Shown here one piece after another: positions 41,233 through 51,471 of a stretch of 64,000 nt of DNA (within the stretch, counting starts at the first letter, position 1; every line of letters starts with the position of its first letter). A program made the translations under genes and the position numbers. The notes under the pieces were generated by a model. That model was not told the DNA's origin, made no database searches, and was given only the letters and a program-made list of their open reading frames with translations. Source of the DNA: an uncultured Bacteroidota bacterium (GTDB lineage Bacteria > Bacteroidota > Ignavibacteria > UBA10030 > UBA6906); NCBI GenBank assembly GCA_963700635.1, contig CAVOYH010000003.1, forward strand, positions 832,001 through 896,000. The letters run 5' to 3'.

Positions 41233-42147
41233 ATGGCAGGGCAGGAAGCAAAGCGAACACATTCGGCGCGGCGGTTCGATATCGTCATCGTTCCCTCGGA
41301 CGAGCGAGGCAAACCACTTCGCTATCAGACGGGATGGTGGAAGATTGGAGCGCTGGCGGCGGGGGGAGTGTTGGGCATTGTTGCCATCACGCTCGCCGTT
41401 CTGATGTTCACGCCTGTGATGATGGTATTGCCGATTCCTATCCCGGCACTGGAAGCCAGGTACGGACGAGAGCTTATCGAAACGCAGCAAGAGTTGCATG
41501 CCCTGGCAGAGGATGTGATCCTTCTGCGTGACTACAACACACAGCTGCGCCGGGCAATGGGGCAGGAGAGTGACAAAGGAAGAGGGGTTGACGGTAAGAA
41601 CGCGGATGCTGTACAGACGCAGATGGTTCCACCACCACCCGACGTGCGCGGACAACCTACAAGGGTGAAGCCGACCCCCCGTTCCATGGATGCAGGTCAG
41701 GCCTACGAACAGCATCTGCCCACCGTTGCGGCGGCAAACGTACCGTCCAGATCTGCTCCTCTGGAACTCCCCCTGCTTCTTCCTGTAGAAGGTTATGTCT
41801 CCCAGGGCTTCGATCTGCCCCGGTTGCATCTCGGAATCGATATCGCGTCAAAACGGGGTTCACCCGTCCAGGCGCCGGCCGATGGATATGTCGTCTACAC
41901 AGGTTGGACGTATGAAGACGGAAACACACTTGTGATTGCACACGGTTCGGGGTTCCTGACCGTGTACAAACACAATCAGACAATTCTCAAAACGATTGCC
42001 AGTTCGGTACGGCGCGGTGAGGTGATCGCGCTGTTGGGTACTTCGGGGCGGACGAGTCAGGGACCGCACCTGCATTTTGAGGTATGGAAAGACGGAATCC
42101 CCAGGGATCCGCATGAGCTCTTGCTGACGCCCGCACGAATCCAGTGA
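41233..42147 (+). CDS. M23 family peptidase
   Basis: TM helix and coiled coil, HLGIDI, YKHN and GPHLHFEVW; TTGACT-N17-TATCTT promoter at 41179-41207. Confidence 0.9.
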   Translation: MAGQEAKRTHSARRFDIVIVPSDERGKPLRYQTGWWKIGALAAGGVLGIVAITLAVLMFTPVMMVLPIPIPALEARYGRELIETQQELHALAEDVILLRDYNTQLRRAMGQESDKGRGVDGKNADAVQTQMVPPPPDVRGQPTRVKPTPRSMDAGQAYEQHLPTVAAANVPSRSAPLELPLLLPVEGYVSQGFDLPRLHLGIDIASKRGSPVQAPADGYVVYTGWTYEDGNTLVIAHGSGFLTVYKHNQTILKTIASSVRRGEVIALLGTSGRTSQGPHLHFEVWKDGIPRDPHELLLTPARIQ

Positions 42148-42219
42148 AACGTCGGGCAGTACTCCACGACGTCGGAGTACGGCAAGGGTCGATCGCACAC
42201 GGTAGAGATGAGGAGCATC

Positions 42220-42594
42220 ATGGCAGACAAACAATCCAGCAGTGAACTAAGCCTTGTCGGGACGGGAACCGTGGTGGAAGGTAAAATCAAGACCGAAGGG
42301 AGTATCCGGATTGACGGAAAACTTATCGGTGATCTTGCCTCAAAAGCAAACGTTGCGGTTGGCTTGAGTGGCACGGTCGAGGGAAATCTCAGCGGCAAGA
42401 ATGTATCGCTCGCCGGAAAAGTGGTGGGCACGGTTGCTGCATCAGATAAACTGGTCCTTGAACCAAAATCTGTCGTCAAGGGTGATATCAGGGCTACCCG
42501 ACTGGTGGTGGATGAGGGGGCTGTGTTCGACGGCCAATGCCTCATGAATCCGGCTTCGTCCCCTGCTAAGCCTGACGGGAAACGCGATACGTGA
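42220..42594 (+). CDS. Bactofilin (polymer-forming cytoskeletal protein)
   Basis: GTVVEGKI..EGSIRIDG...V.GDI....LVVDEGAVFDGQC; AGGAG RBS before ATG 42220. Confidence 0.92.
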   Translation: MADKQSSSELSLVGTGTVVEGKIKTEGSIRIDGKLIGDLASKANVAVGLSGTVEGNLSGKNVSLAGKVVGTVAASDKLVLEPKSVVKGDIRATRLVVDEGAVFDGQCLMNPASSPAKPDGKRDT

Positions 42595-42597
42595 CCC

Positions 42598-42855
42598 ATG
42601 TCCGATCCCGGCAATGCGAAAGGTGGACCCGGGAACTGGCGCAGCGAACTCGGTCCGTTCCTGACGATGGGCATGGAGCTCGCCTTTGCCGTCGTGGGGA
42701 TGTTCTTTGTCGGGCGCTGGATCGACACCTGGCTGGAAATTACTCCGTGGGGGATGTACGGCGGACTGCTTCTGGGTGTGGTGGGAGGGTTTCTCCGTTT
42801 CTTCCGGCGGGCAATGTCCATGGGCAGCAGCGGCCAACAGAAACGGGAGCGGTAA
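42598..42855 (+). CDS. AtpZ/AtpI family protein
   Basis: Two TM helices with GRWIDTWLEITPW; directly upstream of the atp genes. Confidence 0.82.
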   Translation: MSDPGNAKGGPGNWRSELGPFLTMGMELAFAVVGMFFVGRWIDTWLEITPWGMYGGLLLGVVGGFLRFFRRAMSMGSSGQQKRER

Positions 42856-42856
42856 C

Positions 42857-43246
42857 GTGAAGGTGATGCGACAATTTGCCCTGGCGGTGGGCCTCGTGTT
42901 TGCCGTCAGCATCCTCTGCGCCGCGTATCCGATGCTCCGGTATGCCTCCGATGAGGTTCTGATTGCGGCACTGACGGGGGCTGTGTTAAGTACGGTCAAC
43001 GTGCTGGTAGGGTTTCTTGCCATTCAGTTGACGCTTCACAGATCCTATACGACTTTTTTGAAGGCGGTGCTGGGGGGAATGGGCGTGCGCATGGCAGGGA
43101 TGCTGGGATTGTTACTGCTGCTCATCCTGGTCGCGCGCATGCATGCGGTGGCATTGACGGTATCCGTCATCGCATACTCACTCGTGTATCTTGTACTGGA
43201 GATTGTCTTTATCCAGAAAATGGTCCAGGTTAAGAATCAAGGATAG
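42857..43246 (+). CDS. ATP synthase I-like four-TM membrane protein
   Basis: Four hydrophobic helices with GMGVRM, immediately before atpB; start at GTG 42857 or ATG 42866. Confidence 0.7.
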   Translation: MKVMRQFALAVGLVFAVSILCAAYPMLRYASDEVLIAALTGAVLSTVNVLVGFLAIQLTLHRSYTTFLKAVLGGMGVRMAGMLGLLLLLILVARMHAVALTVSVIAYSLVYLVLEIVFIQKMVQVKNQG

Positions 43247-43252
43247 GTCAGC

Positions 43253-44134
43253 GTGCCTTTTATCGGATCCCCCGTTGCTTCTGACTCTCTGCATCTCGCT
43301 CATCCCGGCGAGTCCAATCTTTTCGCAGAGCTGCTGCACCACGTCCAGGATTCCCGCGAGCTGGACACGCCGTTCGGACACATAACCCTCCCGGTTCTGC
43401 CGTCGTTCACGGTCGGGGGCGTGACGTTCGACATGTCGCTCTCGAAGCATGTGGTGTTTCTCTGGGTTGCAGCGCTCCTGCTCTGTCTGGTAGCGGCTCT
43501 GGTGGCGCGGAAGAATTCACGCCGGGAGGTTCCGCGGGGATTCGGAAACCTCGTGGAAGTGTTCATTGTCTTCGTCCGCGACGAGATCGTCCTGCCGAAT
43601 ATGGGAACGGCCGGGCTCAAGTATCTTCCGTACCTGCTGACAACGTTCTTCTACATTCTGCTGATGAACCTTCTTGGATTGATTCCGTACGGGGCATCGG
43701 CGACAGGGAATGTGAATGTGACGGCCGGACTGGCACTCATCGCCTTTGTGATGATACAGGTTTCCGGAATCCGCGCTCAGGGGGTGAAACATTATCTTGC
43801 GCACCTCACGGGCGGGGTGCACTGGTCGCTCTGGCCGATCATGGTTCCCATCGAGATACTCGGGCTGTTCACAAAACCTTTTGCCCTGTGCATCCGGTTG
43901 TTTGCGAACATGACCGGCGGACACATTGTGCTCGTTTCCCTGATCGGGCTGATTTTCATCTTCCGGTCATACATCATTGCGGTTGCTCCGGCAGGATTTG
44001 TCGTTGCGATCAATTTCCTGGAGATCTTTGTAGCGGTTTTGCAGGCGTACATTTTTACCATGTTAACAGCGTTGTTTATGGGCCTGGGCATGCAAGCGGA
44101 AGGGCATGGAGAAGCGGAAGGCCACGGGCATTGA
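43253..44134 (+). CDS. atpB: F0F1 ATP synthase subunit a
   Basis: NLLGLIP, KPFALCIRLFANMTGGH and LQAYIFTML. Confidence 0.96.
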   Translation: MPFIGSPVASDSLHLAHPGESNLFAELLHHVQDSRELDTPFGHITLPVLPSFTVGGVTFDMSLSKHVVFLWVAALLLCLVAALVARKNSRREVPRGFGNLVEVFIVFVRDEIVLPNMGTAGLKYLPYLLTTFFYILLMNLLGLIPYGASATGNVNVTAGLALIAFVMIQVSGIRAQGVKHYLAHLTGGVHWSLWPIMVPIEILGLFTKPFALCIRLFANMTGGHIVLVSLIGLIFIFRSYIIAVAPAGFVVAINFLEIFVAVLQAYIFTMLTALFMGLGMQAEGHGEAEGHGH

Positions 44135-44170
44135 TCGAACACTCATCATTTCATTCTCTGGAGGAATAAT

Positions 44171-44398
44171 ATGGAACCCACCGCATTCGGTTACCTGGCA
44201 GCAGGCCTCGGCGCCGCGCTCACTGTTATCGGTGCAGGGCTTGGGATCGGCAAGCTTGCCGCCGCAGCAATGGAAGCCAGCGGCCGGCAACCTGAAGTCG
44301 CCGGACAGGTCCGGACCTCAATGCTGATCGCCGCCGCACTGATTGAAGGCGCGACATTCTTTGCTCTTGCAATCTGCATCATTCTTGCCACAAAGTAA
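44171..44398 (+). CDS. atpE: F0F1 ATP synthase subunit c (H+-type)
   Basis: GAGLGIG, RQPE and LIEG; no Na+-type Q...ES/T signature. Confidence 0.96.
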   Translation: MEPTAFGYLAAGLGAALTVIGAGLGIGKLAAAAMEASGRQPEVAGQVRTSMLIAAALIEGATFFALAICIILATK

Positions 44399-44416
44399 CC
44401 GGGAACGGAACGACCG

Positions 44417-44902
44417 ATGCTCGATATTAATCCTGGACTCATTCTCTGGACGATCATCACCTTTGTGATCGTTCTGGTGATTCTGCGCGTCACAGCCTGG
44501 AAGCCGATGCTGGCCGCCCTTGCGACGCGCGAAGACAAGATTCGCTCTTCACTTCAGGAAGCCCGGGAAGCGCAGGAACAGGGCCGGGCGCTCCTTGAAG
44601 AAAACCGCAAACAGCTGGCACTTGCCGAAGAGCAGTCGCAACGGATCATCAAGGAGGGGCGCGATTTGGGAGAGCGGCTGAAAGCCGAGATTCTGGAAAA
44701 AGCCAATTCCTCGGCCAGGCATGCTATCGCGCAAGCCCACGAGGAAATTCAACGGGAAAAGGAGAGCGCGCTGACACAGCTTCGGACCGAGGTTGCAGAT
44801 CTGGCGATCCTTGCCGCGGGCAAGATTCTTGATGCAAATCTGGACACGGCAAAACAGCGCGCGCTGGTGGACGCCGTGATCCGCGACATCAATAAAGGAT
44901 AA
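44417..44902 (+). CDS. atpF: F0F1 ATP synthase subunit b
   Basis: PGLILW TM helix, AWKP...R followed by coiled coil. Confidence 0.94.
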   Translation: MLDINPGLILWTIITFVIVLVILRVTAWKPMLAALATREDKIRSSLQEAREAQEQGRALLEENRKQLALAEEQSQRIIKEGRDLGERLKAEILEKANSSARHAIAQAHEEIQREKESALTQLRTEVADLAILAAGKILDANLDTAKQRALVDAVIRDINKG

Positions 44903-44908
44903 GAGCAG

Positions 44909-45463
44909 ATGCGCTCCACCCGTGTGGCCCGACGATATGCACAGGCACTTATGACCACCGCCGAAGAACTCCGGGTCCTCGACGCGACGGCCGCTGATGT
45001 TGAAATGATCGGCAGCATCGTTCACAGCTCCCGGGAGTTCCGTCTCTTCCTCAACAGCCCTGTCGTATCCATCCCGCGCAAAAAAGCAGTACTGCACGAG
45101 TTGTTCGGCACGCAGGTGAGTCCGGCCACGCTGTCGTTTCTTGATCTGATTGTAAAAAAACAACGTGAGCAGTTGTTGCCCGAAATTGTAGAACAGTTCG
45201 TGGCCCTGCGTGATACCAGAATGGGGATCGTGCAGGTAGAAGTTATCACTGCGGTGGAATTGCTGCCCCAGCAGGTGCGCGCGCTGCAGAACGAACTGGA
45301 AGGACAAACCGGAAAAAGCGTCCGGTTACATATGGTGTCCGATCCCTCCATCCGCGGCGGTCTGGTGGTGCGTATCGGCGATACTGTTCTGAATGCAAGC
45401 CTGACGCACCAGCTTGAGCGCTTGCGGGAACGATTTGTCCGGGGAGCATCGCTCCCCCACTGA
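44909..45463 (+). CDS. atpH: F1 ATP synthase subunit delta
   Basis: VARRYAQAL and [14 protein letters not shown]. Confidence 0.94.
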   Translation: MRSTRVARRYAQALMTTAEELRVLDATAADVEMIGSIVHSSREFRLFLNSPVVSIPRKKAVLHELFGTQVSPATLSFLDLIVKKQREQLLPEIVEQFVALRDTRMGIVQVEVITAVELLPQQVRALQNELEGQTGKSVRLHMVSDPSIRGGLVVRIGDTVLNASLTHQLERLRERFVRGASLPH

Positions 45464-45488
45464 GAATGATCATCTGAAGGACCTGGCA

Positions 45489-47045
45489 ATGGCTGAAGTA
45501 CGACCGGAAGAAGTATCCGCCATCCTGCGCAAACAACTGGCGGGATTCGAAAAAGAGGTTGATGTCTACGATGTTGGCACGGTCCTGCAGGTGGGCGACG
45601 GTGTCGCGCGCGTGTACGGGCTTACCAAAGCCCTGATGAGCGAACTCATCGAATTTCCCCACGGCGTGTTCGGTATGGTGCTGAATCTCGAAGAGGACAA
45701 TGTCGGGTGTATGCTGTTCGGTGAAGTCAGTAAGATCAAGGAAGGTGATACGGTCAAACGGACCGGTCGTGTGGCCTCCCTGCCGGTGGGAGAACAGATG
45801 CTCGGACGCGTGATCAACGCGCTGGGTTTTCCTGCCGACGGCCGCGGACCAATCCACACCGAAACATATATGCCGATCGAGCGCAAGGCCCTCGGCGTCA
45901 TCCAGCGCCAGCCTGTAAAAGAACCACTGCAAACCGGTATCAAAGCAGTGGACGGTATGATCCCGATTGGCCGCGGGCAGCGTGAGCTGATCATCGGCGA
46001 CCGGCAGACGGGAAAAACCGCAGTCGCGCTTGACGCGATCATCAACCAGCGTTATACCCATACTCCGGAAGCAAAAGAGCAGGGGATCCAACCGGTCTAC
46101 TGTATTTACGTTGCCATCGGGCAGAAGAGTTCAACGGTTGCGCAGGTCGTGGACAAGCTCCAGCAGGAGGGGGCGATGGCATTCACGGCGGTGATTGCCG
46201 CGACCGCCGCAGATCCTGCGTCCATGCAGTATCTTGCCCCCTATGCCGGTGCCACGCTGGGCGAGTACTTCCGCGATAGTGGCCGGCATGCACTCGTTGT
46301 GTATGACGATCTCACAAAACAGGCCCAGGCCTATCGCCAGGTTTCTCTTCTCCTGCGGCGGCCGCCAGGACGCGAAGCATATCCGGGTGATGTCTTTTAC
46401 CTCCATTCCCGCCTCCTCGAACGGTCCAGCAAGCTCAGCAACGAACTCGGCGGAGGCAGTCTCACCGCCTTCCCGGTCATTGAAACTCAGGCCGGCGACG
46501 TCTCGGCGTATATCCCCACGAACGTGATTTCCATTACAGACGGACAGATTTATCTCGAGCCGGGTATGTTTAACGCCGGCATCCGTCCGGCTATCAACGT
46601 CGGAATTTCCGTCTCCCGCGTCGGCGGAAGCGCTCAAATCAAAGCGATGCGCAAAGTTGCAGGACGTCTGCGCCTTGAACTTGCACAATATGCGGAGCTG
46701 GAGGCGTTTGCAAAATTCGGATCCGATCTGGACAAGTCTACTCTTGCTCAGCTCCGTCGCGGTTCGCGGCTGGTGGAGTTGCTGAAGCAGGGACAGTATG
46801 TGCCGATGCCGGTGGAAAAGCAGGTTGTGAGCATCTTTGCCGGCACGAGCGGATTTCTGGATGAGATCCCGCTGGATCAGGTGTTGCGGTTCGAGCACGA
46901 CCTGCTGGAATTGATGGAGCTTAAACACGCCGCGCTGATGAAGGAGATTGCGACGAAAAAAGATCTCTCGGAAACCCTCACCTCTTCGTTAACGACCGTT
47001 CTGACAGAATTTACGGCATCCTTCAAGGCGTCGGCGAAGGTATAA
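45489..47045 (+). CDS. atpA: F1 ATP synthase subunit alpha
   Basis: [18 protein letters not shown] and [15 protein letters not shown]. Confidence 0.98.
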   Translation: MAEVRPEEVSAILRKQLAGFEKEVDVYDVGTVLQVGDGVARVYGLTKALMSELIEFPHGVFGMVLNLEEDNVGCMLFGEVSKIKEGDTVKRTGRVASLPVGEQMLGRVINALGFPADGRGPIHTETYMPIERKALGVIQRQPVKEPLQTGIKAVDGMIPIGRGQRELIIGDRQTGKTAVALDAIINQRYTHTPEAKEQGIQPVYCIYVAIGQKSSTVAQVVDKLQQEGAMAFTAVIAATAADPASMQYLAPYAGATLGEYFRDSGRHALVVYDDLTKQAQAYRQVSLLLRRPPGREAYPGDVFYLHSRLLERSSKLSNELGGGSLTAFPVIETQAGDVSAYIPTNVISITDGQIYLEPGMFNAGIRPAINVGISVSRVGGSAQIKAMRKVAGRLRLELAQYAELEAFAKFGSDLDKSTLAQLRRGSRLVELLKQGQYVPMPVEKQVVSIFAGTSGFLDEIPLDQVLRFEHDLLELMELKHAALMKEIATKKDLSETLTSSLTTVLTEFTASFKASAKV

Positions 47046-47060
47046 GGGAACCCAGACACC

Positions 47061-47948
47061 ATGGCTACATTGCGAGATGTCAGGAACCGCATCAGCGGTG
47101 TCAAGAAGACGCAAAAGATCACCAAGGCGATGAAGATGGTGGCTGCGTCTAAGCTCCGCCGTGCACAAGCGGCCGTGTTCGGGGCCCGTCCCTATGCCCG
47201 CGGGATGAAAGAACTCCTGCAGCATCTGCTGCCCTCCATCGAACCGGGATCCGAGCCCCTTGTCACGGTACGCCCGTTACGCACGCTGGGGCTTGTGGTG
47301 GTCACTTCCGACCGGGGGATGTGCGGGGCATTTAATGCAAATATTTTACGGGCGGCCCAGGCACATATGGCCGCCGTAATGCCGGATTTCCGTACCACTT
47401 CATCAGTCCGGCTTTTCCTCATCGGAAAGAAGTCGAGCGACTTCTTTTCGAAACAACAACTTCCGATTGCGGCCAAACACCCCGGTTTTTTTAGTCATTT
47501 GAACTATGCAGAGGCCAAAGCCGTTGCCAGTGAAGTCCTTGACCTATTCCTGCGGGGGGAAATCGACCGGGTTGATGTAATCTATAACGAGTTTAAGTCT
47601 GCCGCCCAGCAACGTCTGGTTGTTGATCAATTCCTGCCGATTGTCCCGGAGGCTTCCCCTGCCGGAGTGGAGTCCAAGCATGCCGATCACATCTACGAGC
47701 CATCCCAGAAAGCCATTATTAGAGCCCTTCTTCCCCGTTTTTTGAATTTTACAATCTGGCGTATCCTCCTGGAGTCCAATGCTTCCGAGCAGGGCGCGCG
47801 GATGGCAGCCATGGAAAACGCAACGGAAAACGCAAGGGAAATGATCGAAACTCTTCAACTGCAGTACAATAAAGCCCGCCAGACTGCCATTACGAAAGAA
47901 CTGCTCGAAGTCGTATCAGGCGCGGAAGCCCAGAAAGTTGCCAGCTAA
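47061..47948 (+). CDS. atpG: F1 ATP synthase subunit gamma
   Basis: KITKAMKMVAASK, SDRGMCG and YNKARQTAITKE. Confidence 0.97.
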   Translation: MATLRDVRNRISGVKKTQKITKAMKMVAASKLRRAQAAVFGARPYARGMKELLQHLLPSIEPGSEPLVTVRPLRTLGLVVVTSDRGMCGAFNANILRAAQAHMAAVMPDFRTTSSVRLFLIGKKSSDFFSKQQLPIAAKHPGFFSHLNYAEAKAVASEVLDLFLRGEIDRVDVIYNEFKSAAQQRLVVDQFLPIVPEASPAGVESKHADHIYEPSQKAIIRALLPRFLNFTIWRILLESNASEQGARMAAMENATENAREMIETLQLQYNKARQTAITKELLEVVSGAEAQKVAS

Positions 47949-48072
47949 TATCGGTACGATCCCCGCTGGCTGACCGGCGGTGCAGGTTGCATACATTCCC
48001 CTTTTTCCTTATCTTACCTATCCTTGGCACAAAACCGCCTGTTTGAGCGGTTAATTGGTTTTTGGATGACCT

Positions 48073-49401
48073 ATGTTTGAAGATCTTAGCAGAAAACTTG
48101 ATGATGTCCTGAAGCGGCTTCGCGGACAGGGCAAAATCTCCGAAGCGAATGTTGCGGAGACCCTCCGTGAGGTACGCCGGGTTCTCCTTGACGCCGACGT
48201 TAATTACAAGGTTGCACGTCAGTTTGTCGACGATGTCTTGCGTCGGGCGGTCGGTCAGGATGTACTCCACAGCATTACTCCCGGCCAGCTTATCATCAAG
48301 ATTATTCATGACGAATTGATCCGTGTCCTGGGAAGCCAGCATATCGGAATCACGTTCTCGCCCATGCCACCTACGGTTGTTATGGTTGCAGGGCTGCAGG
48401 GTTCTGGAAAGACGACATTTTGTGCGAAACTGGCACTGCACCTGAAAGGTCAGGGACGGTTTCCGTTGTTGGTTGCCGCGGACGTTCATCGTCCGGCCGC
48501 GATTGACCAACTGCAGGTGCTGGGGAAGCAGGTGGGGATCCCGGTCTTTGCTGATCGTGAGGCCGGGGCAGTCCGGGTGGCAGAACAGGCCGTTGAGCAC
48601 GCCCGTCAGAATGCACGGGATGTCGTGATCGTGGACACGGCCGGTCGACTGCATGTGGACGAAGACATGATGCGGGAAGCGGAAGCCGTACGAACCGCGA
48701 TCCAACCGCACGAGATTTTGTTCGTGGTAGATGCCATGACAGGGCAGGATGCGGTCAATACCGCCATGGCATTCCATCAGCGGTTGCGGTATGACGGTGC
48801 GGTTCTGACCAAAATGGATGGTGACGCACGCGGTGGCGCCGCCATCTCCATGCGTGCGACGACAGGCGTGCCGATCAAGTTTATCGGCACCGGCGAGAAG
48901 CCGGATGCGCTCGAAAAATTCCACCCCGAACGCCTTGCGTCCCGTATCCTCGGCATGGGCGATATCGTGACCCTGGTGGAGAAGGCGCAGGAAAGTCTTG
49001 ACGAAAACAAAGCGGTTCAGCTCGAGGCAAAACTCCGCAAGTCGCAGTTTACGCTCGAAGACTTCCTTGACCAGCTGCAGGAAGTAAAAAAGATGGGTCC
49101 GCTCAATCAGGTGCTGGGTATGTTGCCCGGGATGCACCGGCTGCCGGAGAACGCGAGTGTGGACGAAAAAGCGCTTGTGCGGATTGAGGCGATGATCCAG
49201 TCCATGACACTGGAAGAGCGTCGGCGTCCGCAGCTCCTGAACGGGAGCCGGCGGAAGAGAATAGCGCAGGGGAGCGGTTGTACGGTGCAGGATTTGAACA
49301 AACTGATGAAGCAATATGAGCAGATGCAGCGGATGATGAAGACCTTCAGCAAGGGTGGGAAGTTCGGCCGGATGGCCAAAGGGATGCGTATTCAATCATA
49401 G
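48073..49401 (+). CDS. ffh: Signal recognition particle protein
   Basis: GLQGSGKTT, DTAGR, TKMDGDARGG and Met-rich M domain; TTGCAT-N17-TATCTT promoter at 47987-48015. Confidence 0.97.
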   Translation: MFEDLSRKLDDVLKRLRGQGKISEANVAETLREVRRVLLDADVNYKVARQFVDDVLRRAVGQDVLHSITPGQLIIKIIHDELIRVLGSQHIGITFSPMPPTVVMVAGLQGSGKTTFCAKLALHLKGQGRFPLLVAADVHRPAAIDQLQVLGKQVGIPVFADREAGAVRVAEQAVEHARQNARDVVIVDTAGRLHVDEDMMREAEAVRTAIQPHEILFVVDAMTGQDAVNTAMAFHQRLRYDGAVLTKMDGDARGGAAISMRATTGVPIKFIGTGEKPDALEKFHPERLASRILGMGDIVTLVEKAQESLDENKAVQLEAKLRKSQFTLEDFLDQLQEVKKMGPLNQVLGMLPGMHRLPENASVDEKALVRIEAMIQSMTLEERRRPQLLNGSRRKRIAQGSGCTVQDLNKLMKQYEQMQRMMKTFSKGGKFGRMAKGMRIQS

Positions 49402-49424
49402 TAGCAGATTAAAGGAGAACCACG

Positions 49425-49871
49425 GTGGCAGTACGATTGCGTTTGCGGCGAATCGGCAAGAAAAAAATGCCGATGTATCAGATTGTGGCGGCTGATTCGC
49501 GCACGGCCCGGAACGGCCGCTTTCTCGAAGTTGTTGGAAGATATGAACCCCAACGCGAACCGCTGGTGATCGAAACAAAAGAGACCCGAGTGTTCCACTG
49601 GCTGAAGAACGGTGCGCGGCCAACCGATACGGTCCGCAGCCTCTTCCAGCGAAATGGCCTCTGGCTCAAATGGGATCTTACCAGGCGCGGCAAGGACGAC
49701 ACTACCATTGCCGCCGCGATGGAGAAATGGCAGCTTGCTCAGGCTGATCGCGTCCTCCGTGATGCGGAACGTAAAGCCCGGCGGGCGGCCGCAAGGCGGA
49801 AAGCGGCAAAGAGCGCCACAAAGGAAGGCGAGCCGGTACCAGCTCCGGCAACGGAAGTGGCACCTTCCTGA
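49425..49871 (+). CDS. rpsP: 30S ribosomal protein S16 with C-terminal extension
   Basis: AVRLRLRRIGKK, VAADSR and WLKNGARPTDTV; GTG start with AGGAG RBS. Confidence 0.96.
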   Translation: MAVRLRLRRIGKKKMPMYQIVAADSRTARNGRFLEVVGRYEPQREPLVIETKETRVFHWLKNGARPTDTVRSLFQRNGLWLKWDLTRRGKDDTTIAAAMEKWQLAQADRVLRDAERKARRAAARRKAAKSATKEGEPVPAPATEVAPS

Positions 49872-49999
49872 GTACAATGAGCGGCGCTCTGCAGGACAAG
49901 ATGGTACGGTGAAGAATCAGGCGCAATGCCTGAGGGACCCGGGGGGAGGGAACAACTGACGAGGGTTGTTAGTGCACGGAAGAGTCCCATGGAGGGTTG

Positions 50000-50230
50000 A
50001 TGGAAGAGTTCCTTGAATTTGTCGCCAGGCGACTCGTGGAGCAGCCGGACGGTGTAACCGTCCACCGGGAAGAAAAAGACGATAAAATCGTCTATCGCCT
50101 GGAAGTGGCAGAACCGGATATCGGCAAGGTGATCGGGCGAAACGGAAGAACGGCCCAGGCCCTCCGAGTCCTGCTCGCTGCCGTCGCTGCTCGTGAAGGA
50201 AAACGCGCCATTCTGGAAATCGTGGATTGA
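50000..50230 (+). CDS. khpA: KH-domain RNA-binding protein (KhpA/YlqC)
   Basis: DIGKVIGRNGRTAQALR; lies between rpsP and rimM. Confidence 0.9.
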   Translation: MEEFLEFVARRLVEQPDGVTVHREEKDDKIVYRLEVAEPDIGKVIGRNGRTAQALRVLLAAVAAREGKRAILEIVD

Positions 50231-50769
50231 GTCCTGCTGTTCGTGAATTACTTGCTGTCGGACGTATCGTCAAGGCCTTCGGTATCCGGGGTGACGTGAT
50301 TGTGCGGCCGATGACTGATAATCCGGACCGTTTCCGGACACTAAAGCACGTGTTTCTCGGTCGGCATGAAGATGTGGTGCGGCAGGCCGACACACCGGCT
50401 GAACAAACCACGATTGAGTATGTGCATATTGATGCGCGTGGCGTGCGGCTCCGGTTGAGTTCAATTCCCGACCGCACAGCCGCAGAACGTAGTGTAGGCC
50501 TGCTCCTGCTGATTGCACAGACTGACCGGGTCCATCTTGAGGAAGGCCGGTACTTCGTACACGAGTTGGTCGGCCTTACCGTCGTGAACGAAGGTGGTGA
50601 AACGCTGGGCATCCTGGCCGAAGTTATGCGGATGCCTGCCCATGATGTGTATGTGGTCCGGACGGAAGAACATGAGTTTATGATACCTGCCGTCAGCGAG
50701 TTTGTGCGTGCCGTGGATATGGGCGCGCGGACCATGACGGTGAGACTTATCGACGGAATGCTGGGTTGA
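50227..50769 (+). CDS. rimM: Ribosome maturation factor RimM
   Basis: VGRIVKAFGIRG, YFVHELVGL and MIPAV. Confidence 0.93.
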   Translation: MSPAVRELLAVGRIVKAFGIRGDVIVRPMTDNPDRFRTLKHVFLGRHEDVVRQADTPAEQTTIEYVHIDARGVRLRLSSIPDRTAAERSVGLLLLIAQTDRVHLEEGRYFVHELVGLTVVNEGGETLGILAEVMRMPAHDVYVVRTEEHEFMIPAVSEFVRAVDMGARTMTVRLIDGMLG

Positions 50770-51449
50770 TGCGGATCGATGTGGTGACGGGTTTTCCCCG
50801 GCTTGTGGAAGGACCGCTGGGGGAAAGTATGATAAAACGTGCGCAGGATCTGGGCCTCGCACAGATCGTCGTTCATGATTTACGGCATTTTACAGCTGAC
50901 CGCCATCATACCATCGACGACACCCCCTTCGGCGGAGGGGCGGGGATGGTGCTGAAACCCGAGCCGGTGTTCGCCTGTATCGAACACCTGCAGGCAGAAC
51001 GACACTACGATGCGGTGGTGTACCTGACGGCCGATGGCGAACCGCTTACACAGCCGCTGGCCAATGAGCTTTCGCTGCACACCAGTCTGGTGTTGCTCTG
51101 CGGACACTACAAGGGAGTTGATGACCGTATCCGCCAGCAGCTTGTAACGCGTGAAATATCGATTGGCGATTATGTCCTGACAGGCGGTGAACTTCCGGCC
51201 CTGGTTCTGATCGACGCGATGGTGCGGTTGCTTCCGGGTGTGTTGCATGATGGTACCTCACTCCTGAACGATTCATTTCAGGATGGTCTGCTGGATGCGC
51301 CGCAATATACACGGCCTGCTGAATTCCGGAACATGCGGGTCCCCGATGTCCTGTTATCGGGAAACCACGAAGAGATTGACCGCTGGCGGCAGGATCAACG
51401 GCTCCAGCGTACCCGGCAGCGACGGATGGATTTGTTGAATGAATACTGA
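50769..51449 (+). CDS. trmD: tRNA (guanine37-N1)-methyltransferase
   Basis: DDTPFGGGAGMV, CGHYKGVD and SIGDYVLTGGE. Confidence 0.96.
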   Translation: MRIDVVTGFPRLVEGPLGESMIKRAQDLGLAQIVVHDLRHFTADRHHTIDDTPFGGGAGMVLKPEPVFACIEHLQAERHYDAVVYLTADGEPLTQPLANELSLHTSLVLLCGHYKGVDDRIRQQLVTREISIGDYVLTGGELPALVLIDAMVRLLPGVLHDGTSLLNDSFQDGLLDAPQYTRPAEFRNMRVPDVLLSGNHEEIDRWRQDQRLQRTRQRRMDLLNEY

Positions 51450-51471
51450 CACATTTTTCCCTTAGGAGACG

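Noticed and set aside
48024-48040. TTGGCAC upstream of ffh as a sigma54 -24 box
   Set aside because: There is no TTGC at the -12 position, and a good sigma70-type promoter is already present.
47890-49395. 501-aa minus-strand ORF
   Set aside because: It is the antisense shadow of ffh, with no family motifs.
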